Assembly (NCBI GenBank): GCA_977017575.1
Contig: CDRNVI010000093.1
Location: 1-64,000, forward strand
DNA from: Paramoeba atlantica
Lineage: Eukaryota > Protista > Discosea
Direction of reading: 5' to 3'
DNA length: 64,000 nt
Shown here: one piece after another, positions 9,807 through 19,053 of the stretch
Layout: every line of letters starts with the position of its first letter
Numbering within the stretch: the stretch's first letter is position 1
The notes under the pieces: model-generated
The model's database searches: none
What the model was told of the DNA's origin: nothing
What the model saw: the letters and a program-made list of their open reading frames with translations, nothing else
Position numbers and translations under genes: made by a program

Positions 9807-10042
9807 ACCCGCAGCCCCTCACATACATGTACAGATGTAATACCTGGAAAAACAGGGGAAACGGGGGTGTAAGTATGGTTCTTCGTAGTTTTCGAGAAAA
9901 AGAGGTTTGAAAACGTCGGGATAATACAGAACTGAAAATCGTGAACGGGAAAGTTTTACCTTAAATTACATGGGTCATCGGTGCGAAAGATATCCGCGCC
10001 TTATTCATATCAAGGGGTGCATATGTAAACCAATCATTGTGG

Positions 10043-11200
10043 TCACTTTTTCCTAAAAAAAGAAGTTATGCTCTTTATGCCATGGAGATGGGTGGGTTGA
10101 TTCAAACCTCGTTGTGACTTCGTCCATTTCTTTTCACCTAAATTTTGGTATGTTGTAGGTTTTGATGCTGGTCGCTCAAAATGACTGTTGATCATGACCT
10201 GACCGGGGCTCACACTAGTATTTGCATTGTTGGTGTTCGCAACTTTATATTTTTCTCTAATCCATGAAGTACACAGTGGCGCATCAGTAAGGTATTCCTC
10301 ACATAGAATCGATACACAGGACGCCGCGTAAGTATCACGCAAGGAAAATCTTAAAGAGTCTGCAAATTCAGTCAATAATACAATCCTTTCAACTTTGGAT
10401 GAGATCCATTTCAGCGTTTTTTCCTTGCTCAAAGCGTATCCAGTCTCTAGTGGGTCTAAAGGTGATTTCTTCGTATCGCACAAAAGGTTAAGCAACCCGT
10501 AACATCCCGTATTACCAAGCTCTGTATCTATTATGGACCGGAAAATATTAATTGATTTACCCGTTTTGCTTCCAAAATGACAATTCAAGTCATCAAAATT
10601 GTGTAATATCTCATATTTGAGCTCTTGAAATTCGCGAAACGTCTGTGTAAAAGAGAATGATGATTCGGTGCAATCTCGTCTTTCCACAGAACACGTTGCT
10701 GTTTCAAGGTATGAAAGCATCATCCAGGTAACATCGAAGGGGGTAATATTATAATACTTTCCCTTTTTTAGCAAAGTACAGGAAGTTTGTGAGTTTTTGT
10801 TATTTGAGTCGCATTCCATCTCGCACCCCCACGAGGAATGCGGGGACTTAATAAAGTAGTCTGATGTTTCCCTCACTTCGACTATTTCTACTTCCGTGGA
10901 CTGACATGGAGGGTGAAAGTTTAGGATTCCATACAGTCGATCATTCTTACGCATATTTATTGCCTTAGTAGAGTTTTTTACCCTGAAACACTCTAGATGC
11001 AAAGCACCACTTTCAGGCTGGCTTCTTTTAAAACCTGACAAAACGTGACTCGGATCAAGCAGTATATGGTATCTCCCCTCCGTACGAGCATAAAGAGATA
11101 ATAGGGCAACGTCTTCCGTTGTCGAATGATTGTCATTCACGTCTCGAGTCGTCTTATCGGCGTGGGATGTGTCTACAATTATTTGCTTTCTGGATATCAT
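10043..11200 (-). CDS. RNASEH2B: Ribonuclease H2 subunit B
   Basis: KYYNITPFDVTWMMLSYL, SKEKTLKWISSKV, YAASCVSILCEEYL and a C-terminal PIP-box-like GIKSITSFF. Confidence 0.75.
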   Translation of the reverse strand: MISRKQIIVDTSHADKTTRDVNDNHSTTEDVALLSLYARTEGRYHILLDPSHVLSGFKRSQPESGALHLECFRVKNSTKAINMRKNDRLYGILNFHPPCQSTEVEIVEVRETSDYFIKSPHSSWGCEMECDSNNKNSQTSCTLLKKGKYYNITPFDVTWMMLSYLETATCSVERRDCTESSFSFTQTFREFQELKYEILHNFDDLNCHFGSKTGKSINIFRSIIDTELGNTGCYGLLNLLCDTKKSPLDPLETGYALSKEKTLKWISSKVERIVLLTEFADSLRFSLRDTYAASCVSILCEEYLTDAPLCTSWIREKYKVANTNNANTSVSPGQVMINSHFERPASKPTTYQNLGEKKWTKSQRGLNQPTHLHGIKSITSFFRKK

Positions 11201-11743
11201 TTATGAACGTTAGCCTGATGTTAACCTTTTAGAAACTATACCGGTGTTAGAAACTGTCTACTGTGAAACTTATGCAATGAATCCAAAATTTAATGTCGTT
11301 AATATTCGTGGGACAAAAATTAATGTTTTTTATTAAGCATGGTCGTTATTTCGGTTTCCCGGAGTAAAATGTTTTTTTTGTCATTTTTTGAACCCTCTGT
11401 TATCATCCAAGCTCACTTTATCACTGCCAACGGCATTGAACTTGGTAGAAACCTGCAGTCGACTGCGAAAAACTTAGAATCGTTAAAATAAAAACTTAAA
11501 TCGTGAAGACCGCGAGTGCTTTTTCCAGAATACTCGAGGCGAGTGTAAAAACGCTCTCGTATAGGGTCGATCATGCGTTTTTGGAACGGTTCTCCAGTCT
11601 GCTATGAGATAGATTTTTTGGAAATTAACAGCGGATTCGTGAAGATCTGTGGAAGAGCTCAACCGAAAAAAAATATGTTTTTGTAATCCACCGTAGAGCT
11701 ATCAATAGCATAGGAAAAGAGTTACAAAATCCGCAAAGCCCAG

Positions 11744-11836
11744 CTAGCGCACGCCGCTACGGTACCAATTTTGTACCAATTTTGCGGCGTGCGCTATCTG
11801 AGCGTTCCCCTTCTGTATGGCTACTCCCAAAGCCAT
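11744..11836 (-). mobile_element. Very short 3' tail of the same CRE-like family
   Basis: IMALGVAIQKGNAQIAHAA...YRSGVR*, closely similar at nucleotide level to 9256-9345. Confidence 0.75.
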
Positions 11837-11889
11837 GATTTTGTAATCTTTTCCAAATAACGTTTTCCACGGCGACTCGTGGGATTCGC

Positions 11890-12274
11890 GGTGGAATTGA
11901 ACGAAGTTAGCACTTTTTTTCAAAAACAATAAAAACGATCTTTCTTATTATTATTTTTTGTTTCTGTTGCTTGCAAAATATATAGTTTTGAATCTTTGCT
12001 AGTATCTTTGACCTTTTTACGTTCTCAGGTACGGGTGAAATCATGGTCAATCACTTTGATGGTGGGTTTTGTTGTGGGTGTCTTGAAATGAACTGTGTCA
12101 CACGTCTTCCGTTTAGTGAGGTTAAGCCCGCTGGTACGAGTTTTGTTGGATGTGGCATTGTTTTGTGCGGAAATCGTATTGTCTGCATCATTTTGATTTT
12201 CTTTGGAATTCGTTGATATTTAATCACTTTTAGAATTTGTTTTGCAAAGTGTGCAAACTTCGTTCAATCTGACC
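11890..12274. mobile_element. MITE with ~29-bp TIRs and an 8-bp TSD (Merlin-like), copy 1
   Basis: GGTGGAATTGAACGAAGT...ACTTCGTTCAATCTGACC, with TSD GGATTCGC at 11882-11889 and 12275-12282. Confidence 0.9.
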
Positions 12275-12454
12275 GGATTCGCTCTGTATAAAGCCAGAAC
12301 TCCACAATAGGATATAGCATATCCCCAACCCGTCAGCCGCAATCCGAACCCTTTGAAATACCTTTTTATAAATACTTTTTTACATGCAGAGTGAAAAACA
12401 TAATGCTTTTTACGAGACATTAATATCGAAGCCATCACAAAGAATTAGTCTTCT

Positions 12455-15400
12455 TTATGCATCCGTGTGTTCTATTTCAAGTTCTATTTTATCTTTTTCA
12501 ACCCTATCCAAATCGAACATATCACGCGCATCCTCAGGTATTAACAGATCCGTAGAGTGAGGTGATCCGTCCCTCAGGTAGACAATGCTAACAAACTCCC
12601 CAGGAACGGCGTGTCTTCCAAGAGCCGAAAAAAAGGCTTGCAAAGTTTTCTTGTGTCGCAAGGATGAGCCGCCAAAGTACACGAGAACATCATCTGAATG
12701 TAATCCGGCGTCCGATGCGGCTCCGTCGGGTTGTACACTCTCAACCACAATACCTGTAGGGTGAGGAACCTCAGCGAGCTTCAGGCCTAGATCAATATTA
12801 ACGGAAGCAATATCCAGACTGGACAGAGTCGCGCTGAGAAGGGACGCTTCGGAATAGGAAGGAGAAACCGAGTCAAGCCGTGAGAAGTGAGAATCTTTAG
12901 AAACGTACTCCACGGAAGAACGAGAATCGCTTTCTCTTGGGTAAAGTTGATCAAATGGATGTAGTTTATGTCTTGGACATGTTCTTCCCGCACTATTCTT
13001 TTTGTTGCTACATGCAGTGAAACAATGCGCCGCAAGACCCAGGATTAGTATATAATTTCGTACTAGAATCTGTTTGCGGTTTTGAATTTGCTTATACATC
13101 TCTGAAGAGGCAGCAGAAAAATTGTCCCCTACTGCGCTATCGCACGAAAGAATTATCTGCACAATCGCTAACAGAAAACGCTTCCACAGCTTTTGAGAAT
13201 TTTTAATTTTAAATAGTGCACCACTGGAAGCATTCCATGCACAAGGATCGGTTTTAGAATATAACGCTTCGGATTGCACGCTTCTTATGAGCAACCGTTC
13301 CAAATTAGAAGAACCACGAAGGAAAAGCATAGCAGCATTTTTACTGGCGTGAGCATGCGACATTCCAATCATTTCCAGGCACTCCATGCAATTCATACAC
13401 TTGGCCTTCAGTGTGTGGATTAAGATGTAAAATTCTTCCGTTTCCTGCTCGCAGTGTGGCTCCGAATAATGTGTGATCGTTCTTTCATGTATTTGCTGCA
13501 ATTCGTTCTTATAATGATCGCGCAAATTTTCTATTTGAACACATTGAAACTGCATTCTTCGTACTTCGGAGGACGCATCACTCGTCTCTGATTCAAGCTC
13601 AAACGTGGGAACCGGTTTCGGCGAAGCTTCCTTGTTCAACAATTCTGAATCTGCGCTGTAGCTTTTCAGACGTCCTATTCGAGAGACATGAGAATGGTGC
13701 TTTAGGCGCGTCCAATGAAATCGTTGTTGTATCACAGAATTTTTATGGCACAGCCACAAAGCGAGTCTCCTGCTTCGTTCACTTGTTCGACAAGAGCCAA
13801 GCACGTCCTTCCATCGAGCAAAAGCGTTTCTAAGAAGGTACTGACGGTATGGCAAAGAAGGATTGGGAGTATATCCTTTACAAGTTTTTTTTTGATTTAT
13901 CAGATGATCCCATTTGGTCCAAGCGTGTATTAAAACTCGTGACGAAACAGTAGTGCGAACCTGTTCAGAACACGCTATTAATATTTCTTTTTCTGTGCTG
14001 CTTTTCAAGAACAACGCCCACGTGCGCCAATAGACAGCACGCTTCGCGAGCATAATTTGATTAAAGAATTTTTTTTGTAAATCACACATACACTGCTGAT
14101 GTAGCCGCCGTAAAATTGTTTGTTCAAAGCGGGTCACAGTATTGTGGCGACACCGGTGAAATTCGAAGGTCAAGGCCTTCGGAAGACTGTGCATTGTTAG
14201 TCGTCTGGTTCTTTCTTCATAGGGATACGAGTGCCAGCAAGAAAAATGTGAAAAGATGTTCCGCAACAGACCTATTCTCATTTGTTTTACGAGATGTACG
14301 CCGCAAGTAAAGTGGTCAGCACTTTTTTTTCTCCACTTCAGGAGTGCATTTCTTATTATTCGATGATCTTTTAGATTGGACACCCTTAACAATGCCAGCG
14401 CTCTTAACTTTGTGAACTCTTTTCGTAAGGCGTTTATTCGACACCATGACACCTTGCGAAGTTCATTGCAGGCTGATATTTTCCTGCTCAGTATGTACTG
14501 CTCGCCGATATGGACGCCTTGTCTGCCACTATTAATACCCTTTGCGTTAAGCTTTGCAAGATAGGAGATAACTACGCGACCAGCATCACAAATTTGTACT
14601 ACGTACAAAATTCGTTCATAGCTCACATGCTGTATGAGACACACTGCACTTCCCGTATGCTCGCTTAGATATCCCAACGGCCGATGCGTGTCCACGTCAT
14701 AAATATGTATCTTGCCATTTCCGTACCCGCACCAAAGGTGTCTTGATAGTTGGTCATAGTACAAACTAAGGCAAACAGAATTCTCTCCACGAAACCTCTT
14801 TGCAGGACGTCTCATCTGTATATCCCACATCAATAAAACGCCTGAACGGTCACCACTGTAGAGTGTGTCATCCACGAGAGTAAGCACTGTCACTTCTGCC
14901 CGGTGTCCACAGAGGCTGAAAATGGGACTCTGTGGGCTTTTGGGCCAATGAACGTCCCATACATGAATTAAACCATCTGAATCCGCTGAGTAAATCCAGT
15001 TGCGGCTCGAAACTAGACATTGCACAGGGTAATGATGGGCACACATTCTACCAAATGCTAGGATTCTCAGGGAAGCGGCGTTCCACTGTAGAATTCCAAA
15101 GTCGCAACTGGAAGAGTAAACAAAATTCTGTGCAGCCGTAAAACTCGTGACGGCGGATGTGTGTGGTTTGCACTCTAATACAATTTGTAGCATTTGCACA
15201 TTTAATACTATCACATGACCATCGCTCAAGCCCAACCACAAATGTGGAGCGTAGTAAAGCATTGCGAAAACAAACGCCTTTGAATTTCGTTCGAACGAAA
15301 AGACCGATGCTCCGTCGTGAGGGGCACGAACGGTCAACGCTCCGCTCTGATCACCAGTCCAAATCGAGGTATGTGGCGGATCACTGACGGTGAAATCTTC

Positions 15401-15532
15401 TACTCGTGCGGCGCAGCGAATGAAATCCGAAAAAGTGCCACATTGCTGAATTCCTGATGCTGTGCTTCTTGTATTGCCTTCGCGACGATGATTTAGAATC
15501 GCGTGCGTGACACTGCTCAGAAAGTGTGCCAT
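12455..15532 (-). CDS. WD40-repeat protein with a central helical/coiled region and a C-terminal PDZ-like domain
   Basis: GH/WD repeats (HTSAVTS..., GHRAEVTVL...LYSGDRSGVLLMWD). The C-terminus GIVVESVQPDGAASDAGLHSDDVL is PDZ-like. Confidence 0.8.
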   Translation of the reverse strand: MAHFLSSVTHAILNHRREGNTRSTASGIQQCGTFSDFIRCAARVEDFTVSDPPHTSIWTGDQSGALTVRAPHDGASVFSFERNSKAFVFAMLYYAPHLWLGLSDGHVIVLNVQMLQIVLECKPHTSAVTSFTAAQNFVYSSSCDFGILQWNAASLRILAFGRMCAHHYPVQCLVSSRNWIYSADSDGLIHVWDVHWPKSPQSPIFSLCGHRAEVTVLTLVDDTLYSGDRSGVLLMWDIQMRRPAKRFRGENSVCLSLYYDQLSRHLWCGYGNGKIHIYDVDTHRPLGYLSEHTGSAVCLIQHVSYERILYVVQICDAGRVVISYLAKLNAKGINSGRQGVHIGEQYILSRKISACNELRKVSWCRINALRKEFTKLRALALLRVSNLKDHRIIRNALLKWRKKSADHFTCGVHLVKQMRIGLLRNIFSHFSCWHSYPYEERTRRLTMHSLPKALTFEFHRCRHNTVTRFEQTILRRLHQQCMCDLQKKFFNQIMLAKRAVYWRTWALFLKSSTEKEILIACSEQVRTTVSSRVLIHAWTKWDHLINQKKTCKGYTPNPSLPYRQYLLRNAFARWKDVLGSCRTSERSRRLALWLCHKNSVIQQRFHWTRLKHHSHVSRIGRLKSYSADSELLNKEASPKPVPTFELESETSDASSEVRRMQFQCVQIENLRDHYKNELQQIHERTITHYSEPHCEQETEEFYILIHTLKAKCMNCMECLEMIGMSHAHASKNAAMLFLRGSSNLERLLIRSVQSEALYSKTDPCAWNASSGALFKIKNSQKLWKRFLLAIVQIILSCDSAVGDNFSAASSEMYKQIQNRKQILVRNYILILGLAAHCFTACSNKKNSAGRTCPRHKLHPFDQLYPRESDSRSSVEYVSKDSHFSRLDSVSPSYSEASLLSATLSSLDIASVNIDLGLKLAEVPHPTGIVVESVQPDGAASDAGLHSDDVLVYFGGSSLRHKKTLQAFFSALGRHAVPGEFVSIVYLRDGSPHSTDLLIPEDARDMFDLDRVEKDKIELEIEHTDA

Positions 15533-15903
15533 TTATAGTAATCTATTAACACGCCCTTAAAGAGCCCCTATTGTATTTCCTTGGCAAATGAGGCGGAGCG
15601 CGAAACACCAGGAAAGAAAAAGTGCATTGCAAATGAAATTATACTAACCCAAAAAGAGGACAGGTGCAAAAACCATGAACTTACATATTTATACTACCGC
15701 CCCCCGCTGTTTAGTGTTTAGTAGAATTGGTCAAACTTAAACACTAATTAGGGGAGAGGAAAGATCAATGAAAAATACGTGAAAAACAGATATAAAATGA
15801 AACAATGAAGGGGGAGAAAACGGCGCCTCGAATTCTACTAATATTATTAGTACATTTTTTTGTGTTCCCTGTAAACCCCCTATCCCTGTACCCCGCGGCG
15901 GTA

Positions 15904-17050
15904 CTAGTCCTGTACGGCCGCCTGAACGATCTGGGCGTTGCCTTTCTGTATGGCCACCCCTATTGCACTCAGGATGTGAGAAAGGCATCCGTTTTTGTCG
16001 GATGTGTGGGACCTGGCCACTTTGTTGAGAAAATTAAGGGTGTCCGGGCCGGGGACCCCATAGGTGGTGAAGGCCAAGGGATAGAAATCCATCCCCCTGA
16101 CTACGGCCATCTCTTCATGTTACCGGCGCTTGTTGACCTCGGCTAGCCTGAGGGTGTGGGATGGTGCCGGCCTCCTTGTCGTCGGCACACGATCAGCCCA
16201 CAACAGATGTCGCACCAAGGGGGTTTAGCACGGACTGTTGGTAGAGGTGGTCCAGGCAATTCGCCCTCTCTTGACGCAGCCCTCTACGGGCCCTCTCTTA
16301 CGGCAGCCCTCTCTTTACTGCAACCGACTCGGTCCCAGTCGGTAGAGGTGGTCCAGGCAACGCACCACCTCTTTACGCAGCCCGGGGGGGGGGGGCACGG
16401 CAACCGACCGCTGCCTCGAGATAAAACGAGGAAGAGCCACGCCCAGTGGTCCTCAAGGGAGGCCACCATGGCGCATGGCTCCCCAGGAAGGAAAGGCGCG
16501 AAGGTAAGAAAGCCGGGGAGGGAAGTAAACTCACTCAAAGAGTGAGCCGGGGAGGGGTGATGGGGTGGAAGCGCTTCCCCTGCTTCGCCGAGAAAGAGGG
16601 ACAGCTTCGGTCTTAGCGCCGGCCGGCAACGGGCATACAAACAGTAAGACTGTGCCCGTTGCCGGGAAAAGAAAAGATGAACTAAAGGAAAATGTACCAA
16701 CAAGGTACATAAGCTTACGTCTACATAAGCTTAAAATCCGTAACGAATTAGGAGGTTTCTGAAGGCCTCCTTGACCTCCTTGTGTCGGTAGGCCTGGGTT
16801 TTCCCCTTCACCTTTTTGCACCCAAGTGCGTGCACGCAAAACTCATTTCTGAGGGTTGCGCCACAAACGCACCGAAGCTCCGGGCTTCGTGGTCGGGGCG
16901 ACCAGGTACCGGAGGGGGTCCCGCATGTAACACTCTGGTCGGTTGGGCCACAATTCGGAAAAAATACGCGAAAAAGAAATCTTTCCAGCAAAATTGTTCG
17001 TCAAGGTTACGGTCGTCAGCACCAGGTTCACCCACCTTTGAAAATTCATG
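15904..17050 (-). mobile_element. Decayed CRE/SLACS-like RLE retrotransposon, C-terminal region (zinc knuckle and RLE)
   Basis: CVCGATLRNEFCVHALGC...YRHKEVK, RCLDHLY (duplicated), AEVNKRR*HEE and FYPLAFTTYG...IGVAIQKGNA, with stops and frameshifts. Confidence 0.8.
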
Positions 17051-17074
17051 AAATAAATTTTATAAATTTTATAA

Positions 17075-17320
17075 GGAGGGGGCAGAAACAGCTCAGTTAT
17101 TAAGAGACGCACTCGTTTGTGTAACGAAAGGTATGGCCAGCTTCTTTAATGAGACATCTTCTCATTTTCGAAGTCTGACTGACGCTGGACAGTAGTACTT
17201 TTGGTTAAATTTTTGGAAGTGGGCAAACATCTCTCTTCGTCGAGTAAATGGGTGCACCCAGCATCTTGCTACCAACGTTGAAGAGCGCATACGCAATTGG
17301 CAAGACATGCTATCGTTGAG
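17075..17320 (+). pseudogene. Possible pogo/CENP-B-type HTH transposase fragment
   Basis: ...HFRSLTDAGQ*YFWLNFWKWANISLRRVNGCTQHLATNVEERIRNW resembles the GWxxxF..LSLR..T...Q.LP end of the Tc5 HTH. Confidence 0.4.
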
Positions 17321-17325
17321 TGGGA

Positions 17326-17487
17326 TTGAAGGTTACTGTCGTGTGGAAGAGAGAGAGAGAGAGCGGGGTTGAAGGTTACTGTCGTGCAGAAGGGAGAGAG
17401 AGCGATGTTAAAGGTTACTGTCGTGTGGAGGAGAGTGAGAAAGAGAGTGGGGTTGAAGGTTACTGTGATGTGAAGGGGAGAGAGAGG
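17326..17487. repeat. Four degenerate ~40-bp tandem units: GTTGAAGGTTACTGTCGTG + (GA)n
   Basis: Units start near 17326, 17368, 17406 and 17452. Confidence 0.85.
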
Positions 17488-17707
17488 CTGCTCGTAATCT
17501 TCTTCTGCCTCGGAGAATCATGAGGCGGAATAATCTAAAAATATTAAAAACGGAAGTAGACGTAACGAAGTAGTTTTTAAATCTAAATTGCGTGCAATGA
17601 GGTTTTACAGTTAAAGAGTAATTTTTATCTAAATAGTGTATAATCTGACAATAACATTTTTTTTCGACACAAATGGGATAAAAAAAATCGGCGCCGCTTT
17701 TTCTGAT

Positions 17708-17806
17708 TGACAATTATGTAGGAGGGGGGGGGGGAATTCACTTTCTTTTCCCAGAAATGAAAAATAAGTAGGGGGTGGGGGGTGACAATTATGTAGGGGG
17801 GTATAG
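17708..17806. mobile_element. Orphan DNA-transposon end with a duplicated subterminal motif
   Basis: TGACAATTATGTAGG occurs twice, and the segment ends GGGGGGTATAG followed by TA. No partner end was found in the window. Confidence 0.4.
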
Positions 17807-17892
17807 TAAACGAAAACCACATAAAAGAGAATCCACTCTTAGACTACCTAAGTTTTATTCGTTCTACATGAAGTATTCAAGCAACAACTTCT

Positions 17893-18753
17893 CTACAGCA
17901 GGCGACGTTTTTTGGACGTGTTGGTATAAACTGCCAAGGACCACTCTTTCTCTGCTTCTTTCATTTCAAAAGTACCTTGCTTAATCTGATAAGGTCGCAT
18001 TTCTAGGCGTGGGCCAATCTCGGTCAAAAGTATTTCTTTACCCTGTTTTGAAAACGTGTGGTGTCGAAAACTAATGAAATCATTTTCATTTGCAAAAGTC
18101 ATAACCCGGGTACTCGTTTCTTTCGGAACAGGAAATAAATATTGCAATATTTTTTGTATTCGCTGCCCCAATTTCGTCGTGAAATTTTCAAATATGAGAT
18201 GCGGATACTGTTCAGAGACAGGAACCCTTTCTTCAATATCGTGACGCATAATAACGTTGAAAAGAGTTAGGTATAATGTAGGGCCAATAGGTAGGTGACT
18301 CAACATCAACGAGTCGGGAACACCCTGAGTCTCACCAATAATAATGACGTCTGTAAAAGTCTCACCTCGAGCGACTTCCATCATTTCTGACATTGACAAA
18401 TTGCCACGGTTAATTCTTGTGCTGTTGGGAAACAACAGCTTCAGTTCCTTCGAAAATTGTAAAAGTTTTTGTGATGGGTCGTGCGTAGTAGTCAGGAGAA
18501 CGCGAGGGTCTTCCACCCCAGCCAAATCGTACTCGTCTTCTTCTGTGGTATGTGACGCTTTCGTCGCTTCATCCTCCAGTTCAATAGCATTCTTTAAGCT
18601 TCGTCCGGTTCTTTTCAAATCTCCCGGAATGGGCGTATTCGTTTTCAAAGCGTGCCGCAGTCTCTCTTTAGAGGCGTGCACTGATTCAGAAGTATGCTCT
18701 TTTTGCTTTTGGAACAAATATTCTTTTCGTAGCCTGGCAACACTGCGCTGCAT
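17893..18753 (-). CDS. IMP4: U3 snoRNP protein Imp4 (Brix domain)
   Basis: RLRKEYLFQK, DEYDLAGVEDPRVLLTTTHDPS, PHLIFENFTTKLGQR, FRHH and LTEIGPRLEMRPY. Confidence 0.97.
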   Translation of the reverse strand: MQRSVARLRKEYLFQKQKEHTSESVHASKERLRHALKTNTPIPGDLKRTGRSLKNAIELEDEATKASHTTEEDEYDLAGVEDPRVLLTTTHDPSQKLLQFSKELKLLFPNSTRINRGNLSMSEMMEVARGETFTDVIIIGETQGVPDSLMLSHLPIGPTLYLTLFNVIMRHDIEERVPVSEQYPHLIFENFTTKLGQRIQKILQYLFPVPKETSTRVMTFANENDFISFRHHTFSKQGKEILLTEIGPRLEMRPYQIKQGTFEMKEAEKEWSLAVYTNTSKKRRLL

Positions 18754-19053
18754 TATGTTTTTTCAACTAATAAGATGTACTGTCGAGGGAAATGAATACA
18801 GGTTTATTTAAATGCCACCCTACTAGTGGTGAATGAAGGAAGAAAAACAAGCGGGTACATGGATGATTAATAAAAAATCTTTTTTTCGGCTTTCGATCGT
18901 TAAAGCATTACACATTCCACCCCGAATCGTCCAAGTTTATAACATTCCGAGGTCTAAATTTATTACACACTCGTTTTTCGATTTTTCGATTCGCGCAATG
19001 AAAGTGTGTAGTATACACGTTATATTATACATGTATGTATGGTATACACTATA

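Noticed and set aside
15540-17320. SL RNA gene at the CRE insertion site
   Set aside because: No AACTAA...CAGTTTCTGTAC-like exon was found on either strand, although a very divergent SL could be missed.
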